DNA of 64,000 nucleotides from a virus. The stretch's first letter is position 1. Each line of letters opens with the position of its first letter. This document shows positions 37,933 through 48,384 of this stretch, piece by piece. Position numbers and translations under genes: made by a program. The notes beneath the pieces are model-generated. The model was given only the letters and a program-made list of their open reading frames with translations, searched no databases and was not told where the DNA came from. The stretch lies in IMG/VR virus record IMGVR_UViG_3300032242_002717, positions 1-64,000 of that record. The stretch is one strand, 5' to 3'.

Positions 37933-40900
37933 TGTCTATACGCGAAGAGATCGTCCTTGATATTCAAAGGCAAGGCGGGGACATACTCAATGAGATGATT
38001 GCCGAGTTGGCAAAAGCAAAAGACGAGATGAATGTATTGACAGGATCTTTCTCTGGAGGAAAAAAGAATTTAGACGATTGGGTCAAGGCTCTTAACGAAG
38101 CAATCAAAAAAACAAAAGATTATAGCACCGTAGTCGAGGCAGCAAAAAAAATAGAAGACGATGCAAGAAGGAAAAGAGAAAAGGATGCGGCAAAACTTAA
38201 AGCTGATCAAAAAGAAGCCGAAAGAATAAACAACGCATTGATTAAAGATGCGAAAGCTTTGGCAGATGCTGAATCGCAAAAAGCTTCCGCAGTCGTAAAA
38301 TCCGAATCTGATATTGCTAAGGCGAAAAATGCCGCTGCGTCTGGAGATTTAGCGACAACGAAAAAGCTTTTAGATCAAGCAAAGAACGAAAAGCTTAAGA
38401 TCGAAGCTGAAATTAAAGCAAACAAGATAGCATCAAATTCAATTTCTTCGGGGTCTTCTGGAAACCCTTCCAATGCTAGCCAGCAGGCTCAGAATGAATT
38501 GGCCAGGAAGGCGATAGAGCTTCATAACAAACTCTTAGACGCTAAATTGAAGCTGACGGAGATTGAAGACGAACACACTCGTGCGATGGCTGCCAACGCT
38601 GTAACTACCGATCAAGCTATTAAAAAATCCGAAGAGTTGGCAACAAAAGAAGAGAATCTTAAAAAGGCTGTCATAGAACACGAGAAAGCAAAAGCGGAAT
38701 ATGCAAAAGACCCTAGTGCTGCAAACAAGTCAGCAGTAGACAGTGCCTACAAGGTCAAGATAGCTGAAGCCAGAGAGTATAAGAAGACACGCGATGAATT
38801 AGAGGAAATCGCAAGGAAGGCGATAGCCACGGACAACGAAGAGGCTCAGGTTGTATTAGAGAATGGTACAAAGCGAAAGAACTCAAACACGGTAGCAAAA
38901 GAAGCGGTAATAGGAAACAACAAGCAAATTGCCGAGAGCGCGAAAGCAAAAGCTAAAGCAGATCAAGAAGCATTGGATGAACAAAAAAGAATCGAGAAAG
39001 AGGCAGCACAGGCAGCTGCCGAATCTGTTCAGCAAAAAAAGAAAGAAGAAGCAGATCTTGAATCTTTAGTCTCAGCAAGGGCCGGAAATGTAAAACGCGC
39101 GCAGAAAGAAATGGATGATGCAAAGCGAAAGTCTGCTTCGATTGAAAAAGAAATAAATTTGATTGATGATGCTCTGTATGAGGAAAGAGCAAAGCTTGGA
39201 AATGCTGATCTCGAAAAGATTAAAGCACTCCAGGGAGAAAAAAAGAAGCTTGCCACAAGCTATATTGAGCAACAAAAGGAAGTAGCTAGAACAACCGACA
39301 ATGTTGCGACAGCAGAAAAAAATGCAGTCGTTACAACCCGTTCAATAATGGAAGCTGTAAAAGAGCTAAACCTTGCCAGAAAAGAGCAGCAGCAAAAACT
39401 AAAAGATCTCGCTAATGCGCAAGATCAATATAACAAAAACAGCACTCCAGAAAACGAAAAGAAACTCGAAAGTGCGTATAACGCAGTAGCGGCTTCTGTC
39501 GAGAGAATGAAAAATGCAACCAATGGCATGAATGATTTGAACGACAGAGCCGGAGGCTCTTTGTCTGGAGTTGCCGATGCCGCATTTAAAACTGGCGAAG
39601 GACTTGAAAATGTTTCTTTGCGTTCAGGGCACTTGTCTAGGGCTATATATTATACGGCACAAGCGGCACAAGATTTAAATTATGGGTTTGTCGCAATTAT
39701 CAACAATCTTCCACTCATTACTGAGGCTTTCGCAAAAGCGGCTGGAGCGGATCACCAGAAGGCTATGGCGTGGGCGGCTGGAGTTGGGTTTGTTACAGCG
39801 GCCTTTCAAGCACTTATAACACTCGGTCCAAAGGTATACGATTTCTTTAAGGCTATAGACCTGACAACGCTTGAAGGTCAAATGACGAGCGTTAAAAATG
39901 AGCTAACAATTCTCAACGGAATGAGCTATGTGTTTAATGTCGATCAAAGTCAGCTTTTTAAGCTTGAGTCAAAGCTTAAGGATCTTGAGGACAGGGAAAA
40001 ACTTTTAAAGGCTAACCTTGAAAAGAAAAGCGTTGACGAAGTCGCAGCGGAGGAAGCCGCATCCAAAGTGCTTTCTGAGCATGGAGGTGAAAGGACTATC
40101 GTTGATAAAGACGGAAAGAAAGTACAGGTAAAGGGTGGAGAAAACATTAAAAATGTCTTGATGTCTGACGATTCTTTTTTGACTAAAAATGAAAAAGAAG
40201 AAGTAGAACAGCTAAGATTAAAACTTGAGAAAGCAAAGGAAATGCTTGATGAGATGCATGAGAATGGCGATCATTCATACACCCTGGCAAACTTAACAAT
40301 ACCCTACATCGAAAGTCAAATCAAAGGGATTGAAGGTAAACGAGCAAAAAGAGTCGATGAAAAACTTGGAAATTTTTCTGGAGCAGTGCCAGGATCGGAA
40401 GCCGAATTTTCTGATATTGTCAAAAGGAACAGAAAGGCACTTGAGGAGTCTGGAGTCGATGTAGACAAAATTCTTAAGTATGCTCCCGAGGTAAATAAGG
40501 AAAAGGCCAAGCAACATAGGTTGGATGGCACTAAACCTCAGTACGAGCAAGACGAGGAGATTGAGCAGGAGGTTAGGAAATCTCTAGACCCAGAAGGCGC
40601 AAGAAAGATTGCCAAAAACTCATTGAATCCACTTCAGGACGTTCAGAAGTTTAACAAGAACCTTAAAGAGAAGGCTGATAAAGAAGAGAAAGCTCCAGAG
40701 CAAGTCGAAAAGGCAATCGAAAACAGATCGGTGTCAAAGACTTTACAGGAAGCCAAAAAAGAGCTTGATAAGTTTTCCGAAGAAATGGTGACTGATGCCA
40801 AAGGAAGCGATCACGCTACCGCATATAAGAAAATGACAGAAAAAGTAAATGCCTTAATAAATAACGCAGTTACAAACAACAAGTCGATACCTGATAATCT

Positions 40901-41840
40901 TAAGTCAAAAGTTGCAGAAGATGTAATCGATAAAGCTATTTCAAGCGTAGAGTCCGACTACGTTGGAGGCGGAGCAGATGAAAGAATAGCCAAAGCAGAG
41001 GCGAAATCTAAGGCTAGGCAGGACAGAGAGAAAAGAATTGAAGATAACAAAGATAAGAGAATCGCGCAGAGTCATGAGAAGGCATTAGCTCCGCAGTTAG
41101 ACATGATGGTGACAGAAAGCCTTCTGAATGGAAAAAGTGAAGAAGACATGGCCAAAGAGATTGGGCCTAAGATTGAGCAATATTTGCAAGGCATTGGAAT
41201 GCAAGACCAAGAAGCCATAGAAAAAGAAGTTGCCGCAATTATCGATATTGCTATTCAAGACAATGAAAAAAGAGGCATGGCCAAGCCTGGCGGTCTTCAA
41301 GAACATCTTCAGGATGTATCGAAGATTGCCAACAAAAAGCAAATCGAAGAGCAGAAGGCAGCACAAAGCCAGGCCAATAGCCAGATGAGTCATTATCAAA
41401 GCCAGGTCGAAAAGCATGCCAACGAACTCGACCGTTCCTTTGGTGGACAAATTCACGCAAGCGTAGCCAGAGGAAGAATAAATGGCATGGATGAGGCATC
41501 GATCATGCAAAATCTAATGCCTCATGTGTATCAATCGGCCAGGCAGTCATTGAACGAAAACTACTCCGATCAAGACGCGATGGCGATTGCGCAGAGGATG
41601 ATTGGCAAGCACCTGGACCAAAACAGGGCCTCCTCTGTTGCGCACGGGGCTAGAAACGATCTGAATCAAGCATTGATTAACAATTCAAACGCACAAGCTA
41701 ATTATGCAGAAAACAACCAGAAGGTCCAGGAAATCAACGGCCAGAGGCTGAACCAGAATACAAAGAATCTTAAGAGAGCTACTAGGGGCCTTCGTAATGG
41801 CGTGACTCAGATGCAGACATTCTATCCGGGAATAAACTGA
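37932..41840 (+). CDS. Tape measure protein
   Basis: 1302 aa helical A/K/E-rich protein with central hydrophobic segment. Confidence 0.75.
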   Translation: MSIREEIVLDIQRQGGDILNEMIAELAKAKDEMNVLTGSFSGGKKNLDDWVKALNEAIKKTKDYSTVVEAAKKIEDDARRKREKDAAKLKADQKEAERINNALIKDAKALADAESQKASAVVKSESDIAKAKNAAASGDLATTKKLLDQAKNEKLKIEAEIKANKIASNSISSGSSGNPSNASQQAQNELARKAIELHNKLLDAKLKLTEIEDEHTRAMAANAVTTDQAIKKSEELATKEENLKKAVIEHEKAKAEYAKDPSAANKSAVDSAYKVKIAEAREYKKTRDELEEIARKAIATDNEEAQVVLENGTKRKNSNTVAKEAVIGNNKQIAESAKAKAKADQEALDEQKRIEKEAAQAAAESVQQKKKEEADLESLVSARAGNVKRAQKEMDDAKRKSASIEKEINLIDDALYEERAKLGNADLEKIKALQGEKKKLATSYIEQQKEVARTTDNVATAEKNAVVTTRSIMEAVKELNLARKEQQQKLKDLANAQDQYNKNSTPENEKKLESAYNAVAASVERMKNATNGMNDLNDRAGGSLSGVADAAFKTGEGLENVSLRSGHLSRAIYYTAQAAQDLNYGFVAIINNLPLITEAFAKAAGADHQKAMAWAAGVGFVTAAFQALITLGPKVYDFFKAIDLTTLEGQMTSVKNELTILNGMSYVFNVDQSQLFKLESKLKDLEDREKLLKANLEKKSVDEVAAEEAASKVLSEHGGERTIVDKDGKKVQVKGGENIKNVLMSDDSFLTKNEKEEVEQLRLKLEKAKEMLDEMHENGDHSYTLANLTIPYIESQIKGIEGKRAKRVDEKLGNFSGAVPGSEAEFSDIVKRNRKALEESGVDVDKILKYAPEVNKEKAKQHRLDGTKPQYEQDEEIEQEVRKSLDPEGARKIAKNSLNPLQDVQKFNKNLKEKADKEEKAPEQVEKAIENRSVSKTLQEAKKELDKFSEEMVTDAKGSDHATAYKKMTEKVNALINNAVTNNKSIPDNLKSKVAEDVIDKAISSVESDYVGGGADERIAKAEAKSKARQDREKRIEDNKDKRIAQSHEKALAPQLDMMVTESLLNGKSEEDMAKEIGPKIEQYLQGIGMQDQEAIEKEVAAIIDIAIQDNEKRGMAKPGGLQEHLQDVSKIANKKQIEEQKAAQSQANSQMSHYQSQVEKHANELDRSFGGQIHASVARGRINGMDEASIMQNLMPHVYQSARQSLNENYSDQDAMAIAQRMIGKHLDQNRASSVAHGARNDLNQALINNSNAQANYAENNQKVQEINGQRLNQNTKNLKRATRGLRNGVTQMQTFYPGIN

Positions 41841-44806
41841 TGAGATTTTCTATACAGGTGAACGGCCAGGCTATAGACTTATCGTCTGGCTACAGTTCAT
41901 TTCTTCCTGCATTTCTTGAATACACAACGGACGAATTTGACACGTTTGTATTCAGCGAGATAAACACTTGCCCTCCCGGATCTTATTCTTTTGGTATGCC
42001 AGTAAAGCTTTTTCTAGATTCAAATCAATACCCATGCTTTGTTGGCAAGATATCTGATATCAGTTACGATTACTCGGAGGACATGCAATGGACTGTGAGC
42101 TATACGGTTCATGGTCTGAAATATTGGTTAAATTTTATTCCTGTTATCAGCAATTACGATACTGCTGACTACAACTTCAATCTTCCATCTAACGATCCAG
42201 GGTACAATCCTTATTTCTCTGGATTGACAGTCGGCCAAATGTTCAAGATTGTCCTCGACAATCACATGTCAAAACTTGTTGCTGCTGGCATCACAGGCTA
42301 TGTCCAGTCTGATCTTGATGCAATGACGATAGTACCGCCAGCTCCAGTCAATATTGGTGGACCAAAAATACTTGACGCTCTTCAAGGCGTATTGAGTTCG
42401 TGGCAAGCCAGGTACTGCATTCGTGTCAAATATGATACAACGAATGGACTTGCTTATTTGCGATTTGAGAATCCGTTTAATTATTCGTCGAGTACACTTA
42501 CTTTCGGAGTTGACCCAATAGATCCTTCCTCTTTTTCATGCAAGCCCGATAGCAAAGATTGCTATGGAAGAGTTGAGTATAGGGGATATGCCAAGGTCGA
42601 GGCGGCAATTCTTTCGGTAAAAGAAGGTACTTTGCTTCAAAGCTGGACAAGCACTCAGCAGACAAACTGGAACTGGAACCAGTTTGCTAATCCTAGCGGA
42701 ATGATTTCGATTGGTACTGTTTCGAATCTTTCTACGGTTGATTGTTATTGCAAGCCAGATAATCCTTCAGAGACATGGACTGCTAACCAGTGGAACGCAA
42801 CGGGAACGTGGATCTACCTTCAGTATGCAGCTGGAACAAATGCAGGCAACATAACATTTGCCGAGTACAGAAGGCTCAACTCAAATCAAGCACTTACCGC
42901 AGGAGGGACCGCAAACGTCTCCTGGGCGGGTGATATTCCTGTGACTGGAACAAACTACAACAGGTATCGAATTGTTGGATCAAATAGCTCGACTTCTGAC
43001 GTTTGGAGAAAATACACGATAGCAAATAGCTATGTGGCAACTCATCTCGTGAATAGCTTTCCTATTCCAGTGCCTTGGGCTGTATCTACAACCGTCTCTC
43101 TTATCAAGTATCCATCGGCACTCGTTTTTTGGGGTAATGCTGGTTCCACATACGGAAACAACACATACAATGTCGCTTGTGGTCCAGTTCTCTTCGAGAT
43201 TGACAAGATCAATGGGGTTATTCGATTCAGAGAACCGACCGTCAAGCCATTTAATACTCAGGCGAACTTGAATACTGGCGGGTCCAGTGTGACGCCTCCT
43301 TGGGATGTTCAAATCATTGTGCCATACAGTCTGGGTACGCTTGTCGCTTCCTATCCTCCTGACTCATACGGCAACCAAAATTATTCCGGTACGTTTTATA
43401 CTGCTACGGGAATTCAAAGAACTTTGACGTTCACCGACGATAATTGGATCGACCCTCGGCAGGCAAGCCAATATCAAAACGTATGTCAAATGCTTCAGGA
43501 GTGCTACAAGGACGTGAAGTACGATGGCGAGGTTTCGTACATGGGCCTTTATACGTCCGCACTTTATCCTCAATTCAAATTGAATTTTGCCGTCAATGAA
43601 CTTGTTGGCGTATCTCAAAGTTTGGGTCTTGAAGGGATTAACTGCCCTGTGCGAGTTGCTAGAATAACCTGGAATGCGAACGGAGGTGCGGACGATTTCA
43701 CGACAACGCTTCAGTTCAACAATCGCAAGCAGCCAGTGACCGGCCAGAACTATTTCATTCACCCTGCCTTCGCAAGCGTCGAGAATGCCTTCCACGCGAC
43801 TTCTGTCGAGCAAGCCCTGTCTTCTATGTCTGGGTCTTCTCCGTTCAATGAGGGGGCATTTAACGGCACTGGAGTGGGCTTCCTGGGCATGAACACCGGA
43901 GAAGGAATCAATGTCGATCAGGGCGGCAATCTTCCTGTTCCTAAAATGGGATTTGAGTCTGGTCTTGGCATGGGCGTCGATCCATCGCTAGGTGGTGACG
44001 CACGGGGTTTAGCAGATCAGTTGTTTGCGCCGGATGGCTTTAGCGGAGCAGATAGATTCCAAGGGAATGGCAATCGTGGCAATCTTCCAAAAGCTGAAGA
44101 CATGGAAGGATTCGTGGGTCCACCAAGGCCCAAGCCAGAAGACATGGAAGCGGCACAGGGACCACAGAACCCTAACGATATTGCAAAGCCTATGGGTATG
44201 GTCGGTCCTCCTCGACCGGCTGTTGGGCCAATGGGAGAATACTTGCCAACCGAACCCAGGAAATCCACGTTTGTTCCAGAGACTCCGGCCTCAAAGTTCG
44301 TTGGGCCACCAGACCCAAGGACCGCATTACAGAGAACTGGGAGGTCTGGCGAAGACTCGTCTTCAAAGCCGTCCTCTCAAGACGTATTGAAAGACAGGAA
44401 TTCTAGACTTGTTGAACAGGGAAAGATTTTCCCAACAACAGAAGCACAAACAAACAGAAAAAGCACTCCTAAGCAAAGCACTGAAGACATTCTTGATAAG
44501 CGAGACGCGAGAATCGCAAGGGACGGAGACAATAAAAAAGAACAGTCTGTGGAGATGGGCAGAGGTCTTGGTGGAAGGGAGTATATGACTACACCATCCA
44601 AAACTAATGCCTATTCGCCTATTCAGTACTCATCTCCCATGGTCGGACCTCCTGACATGAGATCTCAGGATCGCAAGAGGGAAGATCAAAAAGATAGTGA
44701 TCTTGATAGGTTTCCTGGACCAAGTACTGAAGATTATGAGAATGTCAAGAAGCTAAAATCGACGTACAATTACTTGCCGCCTTCGATTGGCCAGTACGGC
44801 CAATAG
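41840..44806 (+). CDS. Tail tip/hub protein with disordered C-terminal third
   Basis: Directly after tape measure; beta-rich N-terminal part. Confidence 0.65.
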   Translation: MRFSIQVNGQAIDLSSGYSSFLPAFLEYTTDEFDTFVFSEINTCPPGSYSFGMPVKLFLDSNQYPCFVGKISDISYDYSEDMQWTVSYTVHGLKYWLNFIPVISNYDTADYNFNLPSNDPGYNPYFSGLTVGQMFKIVLDNHMSKLVAAGITGYVQSDLDAMTIVPPAPVNIGGPKILDALQGVLSSWQARYCIRVKYDTTNGLAYLRFENPFNYSSSTLTFGVDPIDPSSFSCKPDSKDCYGRVEYRGYAKVEAAILSVKEGTLLQSWTSTQQTNWNWNQFANPSGMISIGTVSNLSTVDCYCKPDNPSETWTANQWNATGTWIYLQYAAGTNAGNITFAEYRRLNSNQALTAGGTANVSWAGDIPVTGTNYNRYRIVGSNSSTSDVWRKYTIANSYVATHLVNSFPIPVPWAVSTTVSLIKYPSALVFWGNAGSTYGNNTYNVACGPVLFEIDKINGVIRFREPTVKPFNTQANLNTGGSSVTPPWDVQIIVPYSLGTLVASYPPDSYGNQNYSGTFYTATGIQRTLTFTDDNWIDPRQASQYQNVCQMLQECYKDVKYDGEVSYMGLYTSALYPQFKLNFAVNELVGVSQSLGLEGINCPVRVARITWNANGGADDFTTTLQFNNRKQPVTGQNYFIHPAFASVENAFHATSVEQALSSMSGSSPFNEGAFNGTGVGFLGMNTGEGINVDQGGNLPVPKMGFESGLGMGVDPSLGGDARGLADQLFAPDGFSGADRFQGNGNRGNLPKAEDMEGFVGPPRPKPEDMEAAQGPQNPNDIAKPMGMVGPPRPAVGPMGEYLPTEPRKSTFVPETPASKFVGPPDPRTALQRTGRSGEDSSSKPSSQDVLKDRNSRLVEQGKIFPTTEAQTNRKSTPKQSTEDILDKRDARIARDGDNKKEQSVEMGRGLGGREYMTTPSKTNAYSPIQYSSPMVGPPDMRSQDRKREDQKDSDLDRFPGPSTEDYENVKKLKSTYNYLPPSIGQYGQ

Positions 44807-44826
44807 AAAATGAGAGGTTTTGAATC

Positions 44827-44976
44827 ATGGTATCAGACATTGAGGCGAGACTTAGATTCCTTGAGCAAAAGCTTGCCAGGATCGAGAATCTTCTTAAGAG
44901 CCTACAGTCTCAGCACGAGCAGGCTAACACCATGCTTCAAATGACAACTTCGGTCAATCAGAGCAGCGCATCATGA
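44827..44976 (+). CDS. 49-aa mini protein duplicating the N-terminus of the next gene
   Basis: Hand translation MVSDIEARLRFLEQKLARIENLL...; GAGG RBS; ATGA coupling. Confidence 0.7.
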   Translation: MVSDIEARLRFLEQKLARIENLLKSLQSQHEQANTMLQMTTSVNQSSAS

Positions 44977-47720
44977 TTAACGATATTGAAGCCAGGTTAA
45001 GATTTCTGGAACAGAAGTCGTTTGGGATTCAGAGAAAATCCGACTTGCTAAAAGGGGAAATAGGCAAGTTCGCGCAGGATGTCATGATGACATTAAGTGG
45101 ATTTCAAAACGGAGGAAACGGAAAAGTAGATTTTATTATTTTATTGACAGGTTGCAATGGGTTGCCTTTGGATAACGAATACATTTCCGTTGTTCCAGTT
45201 TTAGATAATCGATATACCTCTGGATGGCCAACAGACGATTATGCGATACTTTACATCGATTCAACTCACGTTCAAAAGACCGATAGGAATGGATACGCTA
45301 AGTTCAGCCTAAGTTGGCCTATGTACTACGATAGGGACGGAAACGGATTTGACATTTCGAGCGGAAATTCCTGTCATTTTATAAAAAATTCTGATGGTTT
45401 TTGGGTAATAGATAAAACTCAGTCTAGCCAAACCACTGGCATTATAAAATACTTTGCATCGGTAGTTATGAATAAAGTATTTTCTTATTACTTAGATACC
45501 AATGAAATTAGAAACTATTACTGGATTTTTAATGATTTCTTATCTGTAACTCCTAAGGTAAACACAAACTCGGACACAAGTGATCGTCCAGGTTTTTTCG
45601 TTTCTACTACACAATGGTCGAGTGCAATAGCAAATAGCCCCAGGCCAAGGAAATTAAGAAAAGTTATTATTCCTGACGGAAACGGAAATAACGCAATTAT
45701 TGATTATGACTATTTGGATAACCCGGAAATATGGGGAGATACTCTTAGGTATGGGCTAGTATACACAGACATTTACAAAGAAACAACCGCCTACGGATTA
45801 TATGCCATTCAGTGGGTCATTCAATCGGACAGTTATCAGCAAAGGTCGTCTGTTTCGAGATTGACTGCTAGAGTTCCGTCCTACACGTCAAGATCCGGCG
45901 GATTAACCCTTCCGGTTGCCTATGGAGTTCAAACTACATCGTGTGACAGCGGTGCGGCAACGGCATCATTTTCAGGAAATCCCATTCAGGTTAAATTCGA
46001 CTTTTCATCGACCCGTATTTATTCTTTGACTGGAATAGACCATGTAACAATGGAGGATTGCGGAGATCCTCCGTACGCTTATTTTGCATATCAGTACTAT
46101 AATGCAAACAATTTATCTAATCCATGGATTGACAAAAATGGGTATTACGCATATCTATCGGACAGCAACACCTTATCTTACGGATATGTCAACGTCAGCA
46201 GGCGTCTTGACCTAACTTTTTCTTATGATAGAACGATAGTTTACCCTGGAGCAAGTGATTACATTATTAGCAAGACCAAATTGCAAACAGTTTCATTTAG
46301 TTTTCAGTCAAATCCTGGGTCTTATGTTTTAAATAAAACACCTACTGGAGTTACCTATTGGTATAATTTTTCTTTTGATATTTTTAACCAAAAGCCAACA
46401 TTAACTGTGAACGCAAAAACTGTTAATGGATTCTATATATACGGAGGATATTATAAAACAAGTCAGACTGTTGTAGACGTTCAAGAGTCGGCTGTATCTT
46501 ACATTGGGACAGGGTACGGTCAATCGTTTGAATTTATTTTTAATGGCAACCTTTCTAAAGACCTTGGCGTAGGAAGCGTCTCTATAATTTTTAAGGAATT
46601 TGACGCAGCAAGACTTTTTTCTACCACTGGGAAAAGAGTATTGTCTAGCGTGATGGACCCGATCATAATCACGGACAACAATAATGTTATAAGTTCTTCA
46701 CTTGTGGCATTGAGGTACGATTACTACAAGACCAATACCAACAGAAAGTTTTTTGTTAGCTCAAAGATTCAGCCTTGCATGGCTTATAATCAAAGCAAGG
46801 ATGTTTTTGAAAAAGTAATGGGATACCCTGTTTATTGGTATCAATCATATTATGCTTACGATGAATTTCTTAACTCGCAAAATGCATGTAGCTTGCAAAT
46901 AATCTACAGGACGATATACGGTCTTCCGCAATGCGCATCATCAAATGGTAACACCTTTCCTTGTGGAAACATATATGGAAAAGAAAATAATGGTCAAATC
47001 TTCGATTCCGTGTATGGAAATGATTCTGGGGTAAGGCAAAGCTTAACTTTCGTTTCGCATAATAATTCCACGCACACTGATACTTATTCTGTTCCAACTT
47101 CTGTGTCCGACTTATTGGGAATAACATCGGTAACTATATCGCACGGAGATCGAAAAGATTATTTAATTTTTGATGTGAGTTTCGGGTTCGACAACAACAG
47201 CCAAGGGTGGTATGGATATCCGAGCTACAGTGCGTCCAGAGGTGCATTTTGGGACAATTCGCATGGATCTGCTGTCGGATGCCTTTCGGGGTTTGCAAGC
47301 ACAGGATATGGTGGCGACCTGCCTTTTTCTTTCACTTATTCTGGGACTTGGCAAAGCTTAGGGGTTCCAGCAAATGCCATGGTTCAGTCGATTGGTCTTC
47401 ATTTGAAGGAAAACGGACGAGGCGGAGTTACTTCAAGTACTTTTGGGCCGCATGTTCTCGCCGACGCGAATGGCGCGACTCGTGAAATAATGAGGATGCC
47501 TGAGCAGATCCAGCCTGTATTCCCAGACTCTTGGAGGCAGGTTGTTTGCGAAAATGTCGTGGTTCCTCTTGATATGCAATCGTCATCATCTTCAATCAAA
47601 TTGATCTTGAATGGTGTTGCTGCCGGAGGAGACACCAGCGACACATATGTAAGTTTTGACGATGTAGTTTTTACGATATTCTACAAAGCTCAATCAAATA
47701 ACGGTCCACCGCTTTCATGA
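44973..47720 (+). CDS. Tail fibre/receptor-binding protein
   Basis: 915 aa, Y/S/N-rich, AT-richer DNA, end of tail module. Confidence 0.6.
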   Translation: MINDIEARLRFLEQKSFGIQRKSDLLKGEIGKFAQDVMMTLSGFQNGGNGKVDFIILLTGCNGLPLDNEYISVVPVLDNRYTSGWPTDDYAILYIDSTHVQKTDRNGYAKFSLSWPMYYDRDGNGFDISSGNSCHFIKNSDGFWVIDKTQSSQTTGIIKYFASVVMNKVFSYYLDTNEIRNYYWIFNDFLSVTPKVNTNSDTSDRPGFFVSTTQWSSAIANSPRPRKLRKVIIPDGNGNNAIIDYDYLDNPEIWGDTLRYGLVYTDIYKETTAYGLYAIQWVIQSDSYQQRSSVSRLTARVPSYTSRSGGLTLPVAYGVQTTSCDSGAATASFSGNPIQVKFDFSSTRIYSLTGIDHVTMEDCGDPPYAYFAYQYYNANNLSNPWIDKNGYYAYLSDSNTLSYGYVNVSRRLDLTFSYDRTIVYPGASDYIISKTKLQTVSFSFQSNPGSYVLNKTPTGVTYWYNFSFDIFNQKPTLTVNAKTVNGFYIYGGYYKTSQTVVDVQESAVSYIGTGYGQSFEFIFNGNLSKDLGVGSVSIIFKEFDAARLFSTTGKRVLSSVMDPIIITDNNNVISSSLVALRYDYYKTNTNRKFFVSSKIQPCMAYNQSKDVFEKVMGYPVYWYQSYYAYDEFLNSQNACSLQIIYRTIYGLPQCASSNGNTFPCGNIYGKENNGQIFDSVYGNDSGVRQSLTFVSHNNSTHTDTYSVPTSVSDLLGITSVTISHGDRKDYLIFDVSFGFDNNSQGWYGYPSYSASRGAFWDNSHGSAVGCLSGFASTGYGGDLPFSFTYSGTWQSLGVPANAMVQSIGLHLKENGRGGVTSSTFGPHVLADANGATREIMRMPEQIQPVFPDSWRQVVCENVVVPLDMQSSSSSIKLILNGVAAGGDTSDTYVSFDDVVFTIFYKAQSNNGPPLS

Positions 47721-48331
47721 TCAATCAATTGCAGGCAAACTCGATAAAAGTTGAATTTGAAGTGCTGCGAAAGCATCATATGGCGGCTTTCGATATGGAC
47801 GGAGTTTTGTGTGAAGAGCCAACTCCGGGAACATTTGATCCATCAAATGCCGTTCCTTTCTACATTCCCGACCACCCTATTCATCTGATAATTACAGCCA
47901 GAAATGAAAAATATAGACAGCAAACCCTGGATTGGCTCGCTAAGCACTCCGTCACGGCCTACCGAGTCGCCATGCCGACCTGGGAAGAATATCCAGGATT
48001 GGAAGCGGTCGCCCGATGGAAGGCCGAGGAGTACCGAAAGAGCCGACTTCCGATGTTTGTTGAGTCAAACATCGACATAGCCAGGATCGTCGCCAGGGAG
48101 GCTTGTATGCCTGTCTATTGCCCATCGGCCAGAAAGACTATAGAGCCTGAAAGTCCAGTTCTTGGAAACTCGGACGCCATAGGGAGAAGGGTCAGGGTTT
48201 GCCCTCATCGCCTCGACCTGTGTTGCGGGTCAGCGAGATGTGCAAAAAGGGATCATGTCATTGTCTATCGTGACGATTGCCGTTCTTGCCCGGACTTGCC
48301 TTTGCCTGAATACGCGACTGTACATGGCTAA
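47717..48331 (+). CDS. HAD-superfamily hydrolase-like protein
   Basis: FDMDGVL, ITAR, WKAE, FVES. Confidence 0.75.
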   Translation: MINQLQANSIKVEFEVLRKHHMAAFDMDGVLCEEPTPGTFDPSNAVPFYIPDHPIHLIITARNEKYRQQTLDWLAKHSVTAYRVAMPTWEEYPGLEAVARWKAEEYRKSRLPMFVESNIDIARIVAREACMPVYCPSARKTIEPESPVLGNSDAIGRRVRVCPHRLDLCCGSARCAKRDHVIVYRDDCRSCPDLPLPEYATVHG

Positions 48332-48384
48332 TTTTTTTTGCTATAATAGTGTACATTTGAATATTACTTTTCAAAGGAAGATTT

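Noticed and set aside
44973-47720. Diversity-generating retroelement acting on the fibre
   Set aside because: No reverse transcriptase and no TR/VR pair seen
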